Below, piece by piece: positions 10,501-15,302 of a stretch of 61,938 bases of DNA. Source of the stretch: Minisyncoccota bacterium (lineage in GTDB: Bacteria; Patescibacteriota; Minisyncoccia; Phycocordibacterales; UBA6065); the NCBI GenBank assembly GCA_036400935.1, contig DASWWW010000002.1, positions 1-61,938 on the forward strand. Reading direction: 5' to 3'. The notes below the pieces were generated by a model. The model saw only the letters and a list, made by a program, of their open reading frames with translations. It searched no databases and was not told where the DNA came from. Numbering within the stretch: the first letter of the stretch is position 1; every line of letters starts with the position of its first letter. The position numbers were made by a program, and so were the translations under genes.

Positions 10501-10975
10501 AAACGCGGCAATCGAGTCGGCGTCGGTAGGCGCGCTCGAGGTAGGCAGCTCAGACAAGAGGGCGGGCATCACCCTCTATGACGAGATCACCGGCCAGCCG
10601 TACTGTCTCAAGATATCGGGCGGTCAGACGGTAAATACATTTGGCGCTTGCGTGCCTCTTCGCGGCCCGGCTGACGGAATCGTAAATACCGGTGGCGACG
10701 CTAACGGCGCGAATCCTGGCGGCGACAACGGAACTGCGGATGACCATCTTGGAAGCGGTACCGAAAGCGCGCCTGAAAGCGGAACCACGACTCCTGACGT
10801 GGTCGAGGGAGGGGACGCGGGAGGATCTGGCGATACGGGCACCACGACCCCTGACGGCACACCTGACCTGGAGCCTGAAACCACCCCTGAGCCGGAGGTC
10901 GCTGTAGATCCGGCGCCGACTCCGGTCTCAGTCCCAGAGACTACTCCTGAAGCGGCCCCCGCAGAGACGATTTAA
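2..10975 (+). CDS. Giant fibre/adhesin-like surface protein, 5'-partial (>3,657 aa; ORF is open to the window edge)
   Basis: Frame 2 is open from nt 2. The residues before the listed GTG at 50 (GTSATTTSFFTSVFRAVTGS) match the internal repeat seen again at about nt 565 and 1193, so the gene continues upstream. Stop is at 10973-10975. Contains about 27 GNVGIGTT(S/T)P..KLxV motifs and an S74-like domain. No TM segment is seen in the part present. Confidence 0.9.
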   Translation, partial: GTSATTTSFFTSVFRAVTGSIQDFTSTLATIAGLSVTNSTTTNATSTNQFATNLSSISASSTRSDVGFGTTTNSTSTNLYSSNAVFGGATTTALNTGTLTAASSTIANGTVGGLNFTNATGTNATTTNFYATNFAAANLVFTNQTTVNSTTTNSTSTNSFTTNLNATNGTVGNLLFTNATGTAATTTSFFTNIFRALSGSIDNFTSTLAIIVGLNVTNSTTTNATSTNQFVSNLLSTNFTTTNGNIGFGTTTNSTSTNSFATNLTATNGTVGNLAFTNATGTNATTTSFFSTIGRLTTGFIGTLTSTLANITSLVASDITVGALTATNSTTSNATSTNQFASNLVSTNGSISNLAFTNATGTNSTTTNSFAGNLTATNGNVGNLLFTNATGTAATTTSFFASVFRAVAGSIDSFTSTLATIVGLNVTNSTTTNATSTNSFATNLVSTNGSISNLAFTNATGTNATTTNFFSSTASSTSLFATNGNVGNLTTNNLIVNGNTTYTGIGTTTFNGDIFARGIAAWQYLTAPTLQATSTTGTSTFAGGVTGPGGFTLQSSSGRVGVGTSSLSFVGNPIFIAGGGNSNQSNNFVVDNGVSAVSNRSLVVNGNRINSYFTNSASAGANLVLQDAGGNVGIGTTSPTGKLSIETSTGNDGVYIKGSSSSANAVLRLYNDTGTFNQMLTVRSGSGDTGKFFLQTNGGTVNALVADSSGNVGIGTTSPGQKLSVAGNVLGNNFIGTYFTATSSVSTSTFAGAVKIHGAIDIHRGPSSDDQSTFVGAGAGQFAQAGPHGNTAFGFQALSWIYNDGVTVASGGSNTAIGYNSMASTTSGNHNTCLGKYSCQNLTTGEMNVGLGNSALRFIGSGKSNVVVGHRASGSMADTSYNVVIGDQAANAYTGSASYGNIFLGYAAASTTLSGTNNIIIGTDAAAPLPTGSGQLNIGNLIYGTGISTTSPRTGFVGIGTTTPVVTLDVWGSASTLTRMNNGAQNPAFRLQKARGSSGVPAIINSGDVLGALDFRGFDGSAFDTGASISATSEGTIGSSNIPASLIFSTRADGGSFAERMRIAAGGNIGIGTSSPSAALSVSGNALVSGDLLVTGSGTSTFSGNLRVDGNVEFGDSEFDNIIVNGVVAGDLVPDVNIVRNIGSPAYYWNVGYFDSINVNSISAASTTIAGTASNSFTVNSDNASSDSEDVDLIFKRGSVTPNALISWNSILDKFDLNQPTFIQNDSSTTTVPTLELRSQVGQLGDVFRVSTTTGSSYLNVTSNGNVGIGTTTPVSKLQVYSGSAGAYTLATSYDDFVIENSTAAGMSIVSPDAQAAGIRFNSPGSGQFGYGGVYSDGYTAGNISLYTNKASGYLTFNTAANVERMRIDSSGNVGIGTTTPGSRLDITSTASAASLLRLAASSGAFYYDFNRDGTTGALTIQGSQTGNNNIALAPTSGNVGVGTTSPQTTLDVRAAAPVITVGTNTGTLGSLYFGNSGHGLKRNYAGSGNNLGLYTTSGNIYLSTTGDGVTSQFVMSSAGNVGIGTSTPSQALSVQGSGLISGDLSLANLTATGTATVSGNIVVPLQANTFIGNSVSNGIKFDGSGVYNLSTHSALGIANVFDTDNNGSGSFFVGKGTTDPDTATHLFDITNSGNVGIGTTTPAYKLHVSGGNVGIDNASEFVMRDTANNNGGRIYYSAGNDLTLQQGNNGSGFDIDFVAAGGTPLKILGANGNVGVGSTTPGSLLSVGNTNGINFSTATSTFSSTGGINLAAGCFAVNGTCVSNGGALGTGTTGQVAYYSSANNAVGTSSLFIASSGNVGIGTTTPRYKLGIDVATGTIQPGIELNNSATNATAGRGSGVLFTGTGSNNLANIQGHTFTASNNNGALSFQTANSGTLSTRMLIDSNGFVGIGSTTPNNALVAEDGSFIQAVFKGTNTARTGALQVVNNAGVGLTLQTAATASGLSGLAVGDSMISSNGNLQFRGNDSAATDRTPQLFLQGSTGNFGIGSSSPSQSLTVERTTLNAVANLLVNQTNANTAGTVSVIEARAQSARESALRLGDGSNYWEWARPYNAGSAITSVALRRNGTSMMTVTSGGNVGIGTTSPNWTLSTAASLATMGVQGSARFANMYAGSGSSGINFDSASYFAIGGSTSYSGTNAGALVVSGGGNVGIGTTTPLYKLNVYNGASTGIAAQITGSAAGTLTDTALDFALMNAVAASYGRIGIQAGNGLTGSERGDMWFGTVNAGSLTEKMRITGTGNVGIGTTSPAAKLDIYKTSQTYNSEGTGALMLSNGARRVEFGYDTSIDAGYIAAYHSGTANKNLVLNPSAGNVGIGTTSPSGLLEVGSSSASPIRSFVTNANSGTGAYSELVVRNGLANTVDDSLRLMTMGTGFTTSQGFVQDSGVLNADANLSGGLSIMTRNTSAPIRFYTAGAGNERMRITEAGNVGIGTTSPSSKLTVEANSATASSTIRISTSNTAVGLDEVVGALEFYNSDATLPGVAASIRAYSARPNGASIGLQFLTGNSSTHSERMRIDQAGYVSIGTTTTASKLTIDGNGGAFEGVLIANNDGSDMLSFINKSSSYKAWSFYPTGDDFKLFEYDAGQAIGGSGSDRFVVKAGGNVGIGTTSPSAKLGVEGGAEFNGALTVSGSYNGIGIHIYPNNNHAFGGLNSTASGSWNLSMGYNPLSNVTSGYANLGVGHGVLGAVTTGSRNTALGGSDLSGPMVLGSLTTGSDNTAIGYRSLGSIVTGDHNTAVGVYAGDQQTGGMRNIMIGYNAQVASSTASDQLSIGNWIYGTSGRIGIGTTTPGLNSERLTVFNSSGNYALRAAGSSGYASLVGAGSGYALVQGSDNVGATAALSLQPVGGNVGVGTTTPTKKLQVYTTTSTDGISVNTNGATSVAYSLMQNGTAKSYLGVVGASGEWSVGSSVGDTVLRAENQRLMFNTNGGGATAMTIGATGSVGIGTTTPATLLSLGSATGNKLALWEDGTNRYGFGIQTNLLQVYTPNSSGAIGFGTGNSSSFTQNVTITGAGNVGIGTTTPAQKLDVNGSVVLNNNNSYIIRDTAFANAFTLTYTNANVARIRQANNGQLDIAAGFSSNVNAAITFSTSGLNERMRIDGLGNVGIGTSTPVSTLSVQGSLCVRDTGSCGTTAGTIYATTASITDIDLAENYPTLDGTLSAGEIVSLDTTASTTIKRAAQGEKVLGIVSTAPGLLLGKELPNSKPVALSGRVPVKVNGENGDIQIGDKIALSTTAGVGRKAAGSEETVGTALEAWSGGPLDQGTIVVFVANKQEFKADQFKIDASGNVGVGITGTTSPSYKLQVNGDIAATSFVNVSTRDSKHDINYIDDATKAGMLAKLKSIGVATYRYNTESDSAPLRMGLIAEEAPAEVLAAGGKGVDVYKLSTFILAGVQELDRRFESLAVKVDQNTASIAAINAELASTTAALVDLQNRLALAAADPAAAGATSTASTTIVWSSDFAASLVSFFETAGLKLADGVAYIKSAIVETLTANVAYIKNAAIESASVGALEVGSSDKRAGITLYDEITGQPYCLKISGGQTVNTFGACVPLRGPADGIVNTGGDANGANPGGDNGTADDHLGSGTESAPESGTTTPDVVEGGDAGGSGDTGTTTPDGTPDLEPETTPEPEVAVDPAPTPVSVPETTPEAAPAETI
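2363..2830 (+). other. YadA-head/Hep_Hag-like degenerate repeat block A within the giant protein
   Basis: Successive N(T/V)(A/C)(F/I/L)G...A(L/N) units: HGNTAFGFQAL, SNTAIGYNSM, HNTCLGKYS, MNVGLGNSAL, SNVVVGHRAS, YNVVIGDQAA, GNIFLGYAAA, NNIIIGTDAA, ending in QLNIGNLIYGT. Confidence 0.5.
7937..8345 (+). other. YadA-head/Hep_Hag-like degenerate repeat block B within the giant protein
   Basis: NHAFGGLNS, WNLSMGYNPL, ANLGVGHGVL, RNTALGGSDL, DNTAIGYRSL, HNTAVGVYAG, RNIMIGYNAQ, ending in QLSIGNWIYGT. Same architecture and same terminal motif as block A. Confidence 0.5.
9953..10215 (+). other. Peptidase-S74-type intramolecular chaperone / auto-cleavage domain (tail-fibre and endosialidase C-terminal type)
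   Basis: S-TRDS-K-HDINYI...LKSIGVATYRYN...RMGLIAEEAPAEVL...VDVYKLSTFILAGVQELDRR fits the SDxxxK...GxIAQEV...Y..L pattern. The Ser (9953) to Lys (9968) spacing is i+5, as in the endosialidase chaperone domain. Confidence 0.75.
10685..10972 (+). other. Low-complexity Gly/Asp then Pro/Thr/Glu-rich C-terminal tail of the giant protein
   Basis: NTGGDANGANPGGDNGTADD...TTTPDGTPDLEPETTPEPEVAVDPAPTPVSVPETTPEAAPAETI. Confidence 0.85.
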
Positions 10976-10982
10976 GCAAAAT

Positions 10983-11013
10983 AGCCAAGATTACCTTGGT
11001 TATTTTCGTTTTT
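10983..11013 (+). terminator. Weak candidate intrinsic terminator after the giant gene
   Basis: agccaag-attac-cttggtt hairpin (7 bp including one G-U) followed by attttcgttttt. Confidence 0.4.
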
Positions 11014-11040
11014 GGCAATACCTATTCTTGCAGGAAGGTC

Positions 11041-11049
11041 TGTTATAAT
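11041..11049 (+). promoter_or_regulatory. Candidate extended -10 promoter (TGtTATAAT) for gap
   Basis: tgttataat lies 22 nt upstream of the gap ATG. No good -35 is seen. Confidence 0.35.
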
Positions 11050-11071
11050 GAGTCCCTAACTTTTAAAAATC

Positions 11072-12109
11072 ATGGCAACAAAAAAAATCAGGGTGGCAAT
11101 CAACGGATTCGGCAGGATCGGACGCGCTTTTCTAAAGGTGGCTCGGGAGAATGACGCTATTGAGGTAGTGGCTGTAAATGACCTCGGCAATGCGGCTAAC
11201 CTCGCATACCTCCTCAAATACGACTCGGCATACGGAGTGAGCCCTTTCGAGGTCTCCGCGAAGGCTGACGGCAAAGCCCTTGTCGTTGACGGCAGGGAGA
11301 TAGCTTTCATTCAGGAGAAGGATGCCACAAAGCTTCCGTGGAAGGCTCTTGATATCGATGTCGTTGTCGAGTCGACAGGCCTCTTTACCGATTTTGCCAA
11401 GGCTAAAGTCCATATGGATGCGGGAGCGAAGCGCGTGGTAATCAGCGCGCCCGCAAAGGGCGACGCCGCCTCGGAGGCGATGGGAGCGACTATACTCATG
11501 GGCCTCAACGAGGACCGATTTAAGGGAGTCTCTATCACGTCGAATGCCTCGTGTACCACGAACGCAGGATCGCCCCTCATGGCCATCCTCGACGAGAAGA
11601 TCGGCATCCATAAGGCCGTGCTCAATACCGTTCACGCCTATACCGCCAGCCAGGCAATCGTAGACGGACCATCGAAGAAGGACCTCCGAGAGGGCCGCGC
11701 CGCAGCCATGAACATCGTGCCTTCGTCTACCGGCGCCGCCATCGCCGTAGCAAAGGCATTGCCTCAGCTTTCAGGCAAGTTTGACGGCATATCTATCCGC
11801 GTGCCGGTCGTCGTCGGCTCGATCGTGGACATCACTTTCATCGCCAAGAGGAAGACGTCGGCAGAGGAAGTCAATCAGATTCTGCGCGACGCGGCAAAGC
11901 AGGACCGATGGAAGAACATTTTCGCCGCGTCCGACGAGCCTCTCGTGTCGTCGGATATCAAGGGCAATCCTCACGCCTCGATCGCCGACCTTGAGATGAC
12001 GCGCGTCGTCGACGGAGACTTGGTAAAAGTCCTCGGCTGGTATGACAACGAGATGGGGTATACGCACACGCTCGTGCAGCATGTGATCAAGGCGGCGAAT
12101 CAGATATAG
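11072..12109 (+). CDS. gap: Glyceraldehyde-3-phosphate dehydrogenase, type I
   Basis: N-terminal INGFGRIGR Rossmann motif and active-site SNASCTTN; 345 aa. Confidence 0.95.
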   Translation: MATKKIRVAINGFGRIGRAFLKVARENDAIEVVAVNDLGNAANLAYLLKYDSAYGVSPFEVSAKADGKALVVDGREIAFIQEKDATKLPWKALDIDVVVESTGLFTDFAKAKVHMDAGAKRVVISAPAKGDAASEAMGATILMGLNEDRFKGVSITSNASCTTNAGSPLMAILDEKIGIHKAVLNTVHAYTASQAIVDGPSKKDLREGRAAAMNIVPSSTGAAIAVAKALPQLSGKFDGISIRVPVVVGSIVDITFIAKRKTSAEEVNQILRDAAKQDRWKNIFAASDEPLVSSDIKGNPHASIADLEMTRVVDGDLVKVLGWYDNEMGYTHTLVQHVIKAANQI

Positions 12110-12120
12110 ATGAAATAAAA

Positions 12121-12144
12121 AAGGCTCCGCGAATGCGGGGCCTT
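12121..12144. terminator. Bidirectional hairpin between gap and the convergent hypothetical gene
   Basis: aaggctccgc-gaat-gcggggcctt (10 bp, one G-U), with an A-run upstream. The better T-tail is on the minus strand. Confidence 0.55.
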
Positions 12145-12575
12145 TACGTTGATGTCGGCGGGACAACCGTGACCGCGAGGCTTTTCCTAAAGTCTCCCGC
12201 ACTCTGTTCGTCGTCATCGCATATGAAGTGTGCCGACCAGGATCCGTGCCGGTCCCGATAGATTTCAGTGATGGCAATCTTTGTGTCGCGAGAAAGCTTT
12301 TTCCCTCTTAGCTCCGGACAGTCCGGCAAGCAGGGATAGTCACCCAGACGCGCAACGATGTGGAAATTGTTGTAATCAAAGACTATCAACTCGGGAGTTA
12401 GTGTGACTATCGGTATAAGCGGGCGCCACACAGCCGGCAGAATCTGGCGGTTTCTGAATAGCCGCAGTGTGATGTGCAGACTGCAGCGGCGCAGATCCGA
12501 CAACTTCATCTCAAAGGGCTTGAGCAGGGCCTCGATTTGACGATCGCTAGGCTCTCCTGGTATTGGATAACTCAT
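12144..12575 (-). CDS. Hypothetical protein (143 aa)
   Basis: The only long ORF in the 500-nt gap between gap and rpiB, with plausible codon composition. No confident family match. Confidence 0.4.
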   Translation of the reverse strand: MSYPIPGEPSDRQIEALLKPFEMKLSDLRRCSLHITLRLFRNRQILPAVWRPLIPIVTLTPELIVFDYNNFHIVARLGDYPCLPDCPELRGKKLSRDTKIAITEIYRDRHGSWSAHFICDDDEQSAGDFRKSLAVTVVPPTST

Positions 12576-12604
12576 GCTGTATCCGATTATGCACTTTTGT
12601 GCTG

Positions 12605-12610
12605 TATAAT
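12605..12610 (+). promoter_or_regulatory. -10 box TATAAT 7 nt upstream of the rpiB ATG (leaderless-type geometry)
   Basis: tataat-caaatat-ATG. No Shine-Dalgarno sequence is possible in 7 nt. Confidence 0.45.
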
Positions 12611-12617
12611 CAAATAT

Positions 12618-13070
12618 ATGAAAATTTTTATTGCGTCAGATCATGCGGGGTTCGAGCTCAAGCGATTTTTAGTCGAGAGGCTCTCGCTGGGAGGGCATGA
12701 GGTAAAGGATCTCGGAGCTCCGAAGTTCGATCCTGAAGACGACTATCCGGATTTCATCTCGCTTGTCGGAAAGGAGGTCTCGCACAATCCCTCGGGCGTC
12801 CGCGGCATCGTCATTGGCGGCTCGGGCCAAGGCGAGGCGATCTGCGCGAACAAATTCTACGGCGTCCGCGCCGCCGCGTACTATGGGGGCAATATGGATA
12901 TCGTGCGGCTGTCCCGGGAGCACAATGATGCGAACGTCTTGTCTCTTGGCGCGCGCTTCGTCTCGCCGACTGACGCCCTCAGCGCCGTTACGGTGTGGCT
13001 CGCCACGCCTTTTTCCGGCGACGAAAGGCACAAGAGGCGCATTAACAAGCTCTATGTCGCGGGCAAATAG
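12618..13070 (+). CDS. rpiB: Ribose-5-phosphate isomerase B (RpiB/LacAB family)
   Basis: MKIFIASDHAGFELK..., GIVIGGSGQGEAICANK, NVLSLGARF. I chose the internal ATG at 12618 over the listed upstream start at 12474. Confidence 0.9.
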   Translation: MKIFIASDHAGFELKRFLVERLSLGGHEVKDLGAPKFDPEDDYPDFISLVGKEVSHNPSGVRGIVIGGSGQGEAICANKFYGVRAAAYYGGNMDIVRLSREHNDANVLSLGARFVSPTDALSAVTVWLATPFSGDERHKRRINKLYVAGK

Positions 13071-13566
13071 AGGATTCACCCTGATAGAGCTCCTGGTGGT
13101 GATCTCGATCATCGCGCTCTTGTCGTCCGTCGTCCTCTCGAGTCTGAATTCAGCCCGAGTAAAAAGTCGCGACGCGAAGAGGCAGGTCGACATGGCGAAT
13201 ATTTGGACAGCATTGAACCTCTTTTATACCCAGTATGGGTGCTTGCCGATTCCGAGCAGTACCAATTGCGCCGGATTCACTACTGACAGCAATTCCGGAG
13301 GCTGGGACTACAGCTCGCAGGGCGGATTTTTAACATTCCTCACCGCTTCGGGAGTAATGTCCCAGGTGCCCGTTGACCCGATCAACAACATGACGGGAGA
13401 CGGGAATCCCGCGGGCACATACGCCTACAGGTATTATTGCTATTCGCCACAGGAATCGAATGCCGGACTCCATCTGGGATACTACTCGGAAAGGACGGGC
13501 AATGAAGTGATGAAGAATCAGGCCATAGGCAATAGCTGGTCGGATAGCACTTATGTCTGCAGATAG
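13054..13566 (+). CDS. Type IV pilin / pseudopilin-like protein 1 (prepilin N-terminal cleavage/methylation domain)
   Basis: MSRANRG|FTLIELLVVISIIALLSSVVL, i.e. short leader, Gly-1, Phe+1 and Glu+5. The ATG at 13054 overlaps the rpiB 3' end by 17 nt. Confidence 0.85.
   Translation: MSRANRGFTLIELLVVISIIALLSSVVLSSLNSARVKSRDAKRQVDMANIWTALNLFYTQYGCLPIPSSTNCAGFTTDSNSGGWDYSSQGGFLTFLTASGVMSQVPVDPINNMTGDGNPAGTYAYRYYCYSPQESNAGLHLGYYSERTGNEVMKNQAIGNSWSDSTYVCR
13072..13142 (+). repeat. 71-nt near-identical DNA core shared by the three pilin genes (copy 1)
   Basis: ggattcacc..atagagctcctggtggtgatctcgatcatcgcgctcttgtcgtccgtcgtcctctcgag. A 59-nt stretch is identical to copy 2. Confidence 0.9.
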
Positions 13567-13580
13567 CGTACAATAGGAGC

Positions 13581-14102
13581 ATGTTCCAAGATTTTAAAGC
13601 AAATAGGGGATTCACTTTGATAGAGCTCCTGGTGGTGATCTCGATCATCGCGCTCTTGTCGTCCGTCGTCCTCTCGAGCCTTAACAGCGCGAGGGTTAAA
13701 GGCCGCGATGCTCGCAGGCAGATGGACATTAACAGCATTTGGACGGGAATAAATCTCTTTTACAATCAGTACGGCTGTCTGCCGATCACTGGCAGCACAG
13801 CGTGCGCGGGCTTTACCGCAGAGACTAATCTGGGCGCCTGGGATTACAGCTCGCAAGGGGGATTCCTTCCGTTTCTTACGGCATCGGGCATGATGTCCCA
13901 GGTGCCCGTCGACCCGATCAACAACATGACTGGAGACGGGACGCCGTCCGGGACTTATTCCTACAGGTATTACTGCTACCCGCAAGGCGATGCGAATGCG
14001 GGCTTGCATCTAGGATATTACTCGGAAAGGACGGGCAATGAGATATTTAAGAATCAGACTATAGGCAATAGCTGGTCAGATAGCACGTATATTTGCCGTT
14101 AG
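13581..14102 (+). CDS. Type IV pilin / pseudopilin-like protein 2 (paralogue of protein 1)
   Basis: MFQDFKANRG|FTLIELLVVISIIALL. It aligns over its full length with protein 1 (WDYSSQGGFL.FLTASG.MSQVPVDPINNMTGDG...GNSWSDSTY.C). Confidence 0.85.
   Translation: MFQDFKANRGFTLIELLVVISIIALLSSVVLSSLNSARVKGRDARRQMDINSIWTGINLFYNQYGCLPITGSTACAGFTAETNLGAWDYSSQGGFLPFLTASGMMSQVPVDPINNMTGDGTPSGTYSYRYYCYPQGDANAGLHLGYYSERTGNEIFKNQTIGNSWSDSTYICR
13608..13678 (+). repeat. Pilin N-terminal DNA core (copy 2)
   Basis: Same 71-nt core as 13072-13142. Confidence 0.9.
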
Positions 14103-14119
14103 CACATAATAAAATTGTC

Positions 14120-14569
14120 ATGTTTCGGATGAATGCCAAAGGATTCACACTCATAGAGCTCCTAGTGGTGATCTCGATCATCGCGCTTTTGTCGTCCGTG
14201 GTCCTCTCGAGCCTCAACAGCGCGCGGGCGAAGGGCAGGGATGCGCAGCGAGCCTTGAGCGTTAGGCAGCTGAAAGCCGCCCTTGAGCTGTATTACAGCA
14301 CGAACGGAATCTATCCCTCTTTAGGAACTGACGGCCAAGGCTACGCGATTGCCGGCCTCTCGGCAGCCCTCGTTCCTGGGTATATCGCTAAAATCCCGTC
14401 CGATCCGACGGTCGGGGCCTGGCAGTATGTAAGGGCTCCGGTAAACGATCCGAACGGCTATGGCTACGGCCTGTACATATACCGTGAGGCGACAAGCGCG
14501 TACTGCGGCACGGGAAACGGCTTTAATCCCGGGTGGTGGGCAATTAATTCGAATATGTGCCCATTCTAG
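14120..14569 (+). CDS. Type IV pilin / pseudopilin-like protein 3 (divergent C-terminal domain)
   Basis: MFRMNAKG|FTLIELLVVISIIALL. I preferred the ATG at 14120 over the listed TTG at 14093. The C-terminal part is unrelated to proteins 1 and 2. Confidence 0.85.
   Translation: MFRMNAKGFTLIELLVVISIIALLSSVVLSSLNSARAKGRDAQRALSVRQLKAALELYYSTNGIYPSLGTDGQGYAIAGLSAALVPGYIAKIPSDPTVGAWQYVRAPVNDPNGYGYGLYIYREATSAYCGTGNGFNPGWWAINSNMCPF
14141..14211 (+). repeat. Pilin N-terminal DNA core (copy 3, a few substitutions)
   Basis: ggattcacactcatagagctcctagtggtgatctcgatcatcgcgcttttgtcgtccgtggtcctctcgag. Confidence 0.9.
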
Positions 14570-14594
14570 ACTTAATGTTTAATTCAAAATCGAT

Positions 14595-15302
14595 ATGGCA
14601 GAGATAATCCCAGCGATACTCCCGAAATCATACGAAGAAGTCGAGAATGGCCTCGATATGGCAGCTGGCCACGCGCCGATAGTGCAGATCGACGTCTGCG
14701 ACGGCGGCTACGTGCCCTCGCGAACCTGGCCTTTCCTCAAGGGTCCCGGCGTAGAGGATATGATCTTTAACGAGATCGTCGAGCAAGAGAAGGCCTTGCC
14801 TCATTGGGAAAACGTGGAGTTCGAGTTCGACCTCATGATCAAGGGGGCGTACGAGAAAATTCCCGATTTCATATCCGCCGGAGCGGCCCGCATCATCGTC
14901 CACAAGGGTAGTGTTGACGAGGAAGAGCTCGCGAACATTGTCCGCGATTACGGAAACCATTCAGAAGAGCTCGGGCCGTTCGATGTAGAGCTCGGCATCG
15001 CCCTCATGCCCCAGGATTCTGCCGAATCGATTAGGGGTATCGTCGAAGATATCCATTTCGTCCAAGTTATGGGCATAGAGAAGATCGGATATCAGGGCCA
15101 GACCATGAGCTCGAGAGCGGTAGAGCTGGTCGCTGAGCTGCGTGCGGCGTATCCTGAGCTCGTCATTTCAGTTGATGGCGGCGTGAATCTGGACACGGGC
15201 AGGGAATTAGTGGCGGCAGGGGCGGACAGGCTCGTCGTCGGCAGCGCCCTCTTCGGCAATAGCGATTTTCTTGGTACACTGGAAGAGTTTAAGGCACTCT
15301 AA
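14595..15302 (+). CDS. Ribulose-phosphate 3-epimerase-like TIM-barrel protein (divergent)
   Basis: IIPAILPKS...VQIDVCDGGYVPS...FDLMI...VQVMGIEKIGYQGQ...ISVDGGVN...VVGSALF follows the Rpe pattern. The positions of the usual His ligands read Q-I-D and D-L-M. Confidence 0.65.
   Translation: MAEIIPAILPKSYEEVENGLDMAAGHAPIVQIDVCDGGYVPSRTWPFLKGPGVEDMIFNEIVEQEKALPHWENVEFEFDLMIKGAYEKIPDFISAGAARIIVHKGSVDEEELANIVRDYGNHSEELGPFDVELGIALMPQDSAESIRGIVEDIHFVQVMGIEKIGYQGQTMSSRAVELVAELRAAYPELVISVDGGVNLDTGRELVAAGADRLVVGSALFGNSDFLGTLEEFKAL

Noticed and set aside
354-10907. Dozens of 60-356-aa ORFs on both strands inside the giant gene (for example 430-1500 minus, 2827-3423 minus, 6272-6892 minus, 9390-9980 plus).
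   Set aside because: All lie within the single long frame-2 ORF. Their products are Arg/Pro/Val-rich low-complexity strings, typical of off-frame or antisense reading of a GC3-biased, repeat-rich gene. None has a recognisable motif.
12144-12575. Possible 2H-phosphoesterase (LigT-like) identity of the 143-aa ORF, based on LHITLRLF and FHIVARLG.
   Set aside because: The second motif lacks the Thr/Ser. The two motifs are only about 38 residues apart (about 80 expected), and the protein is too short. It is kept as hypothetical.
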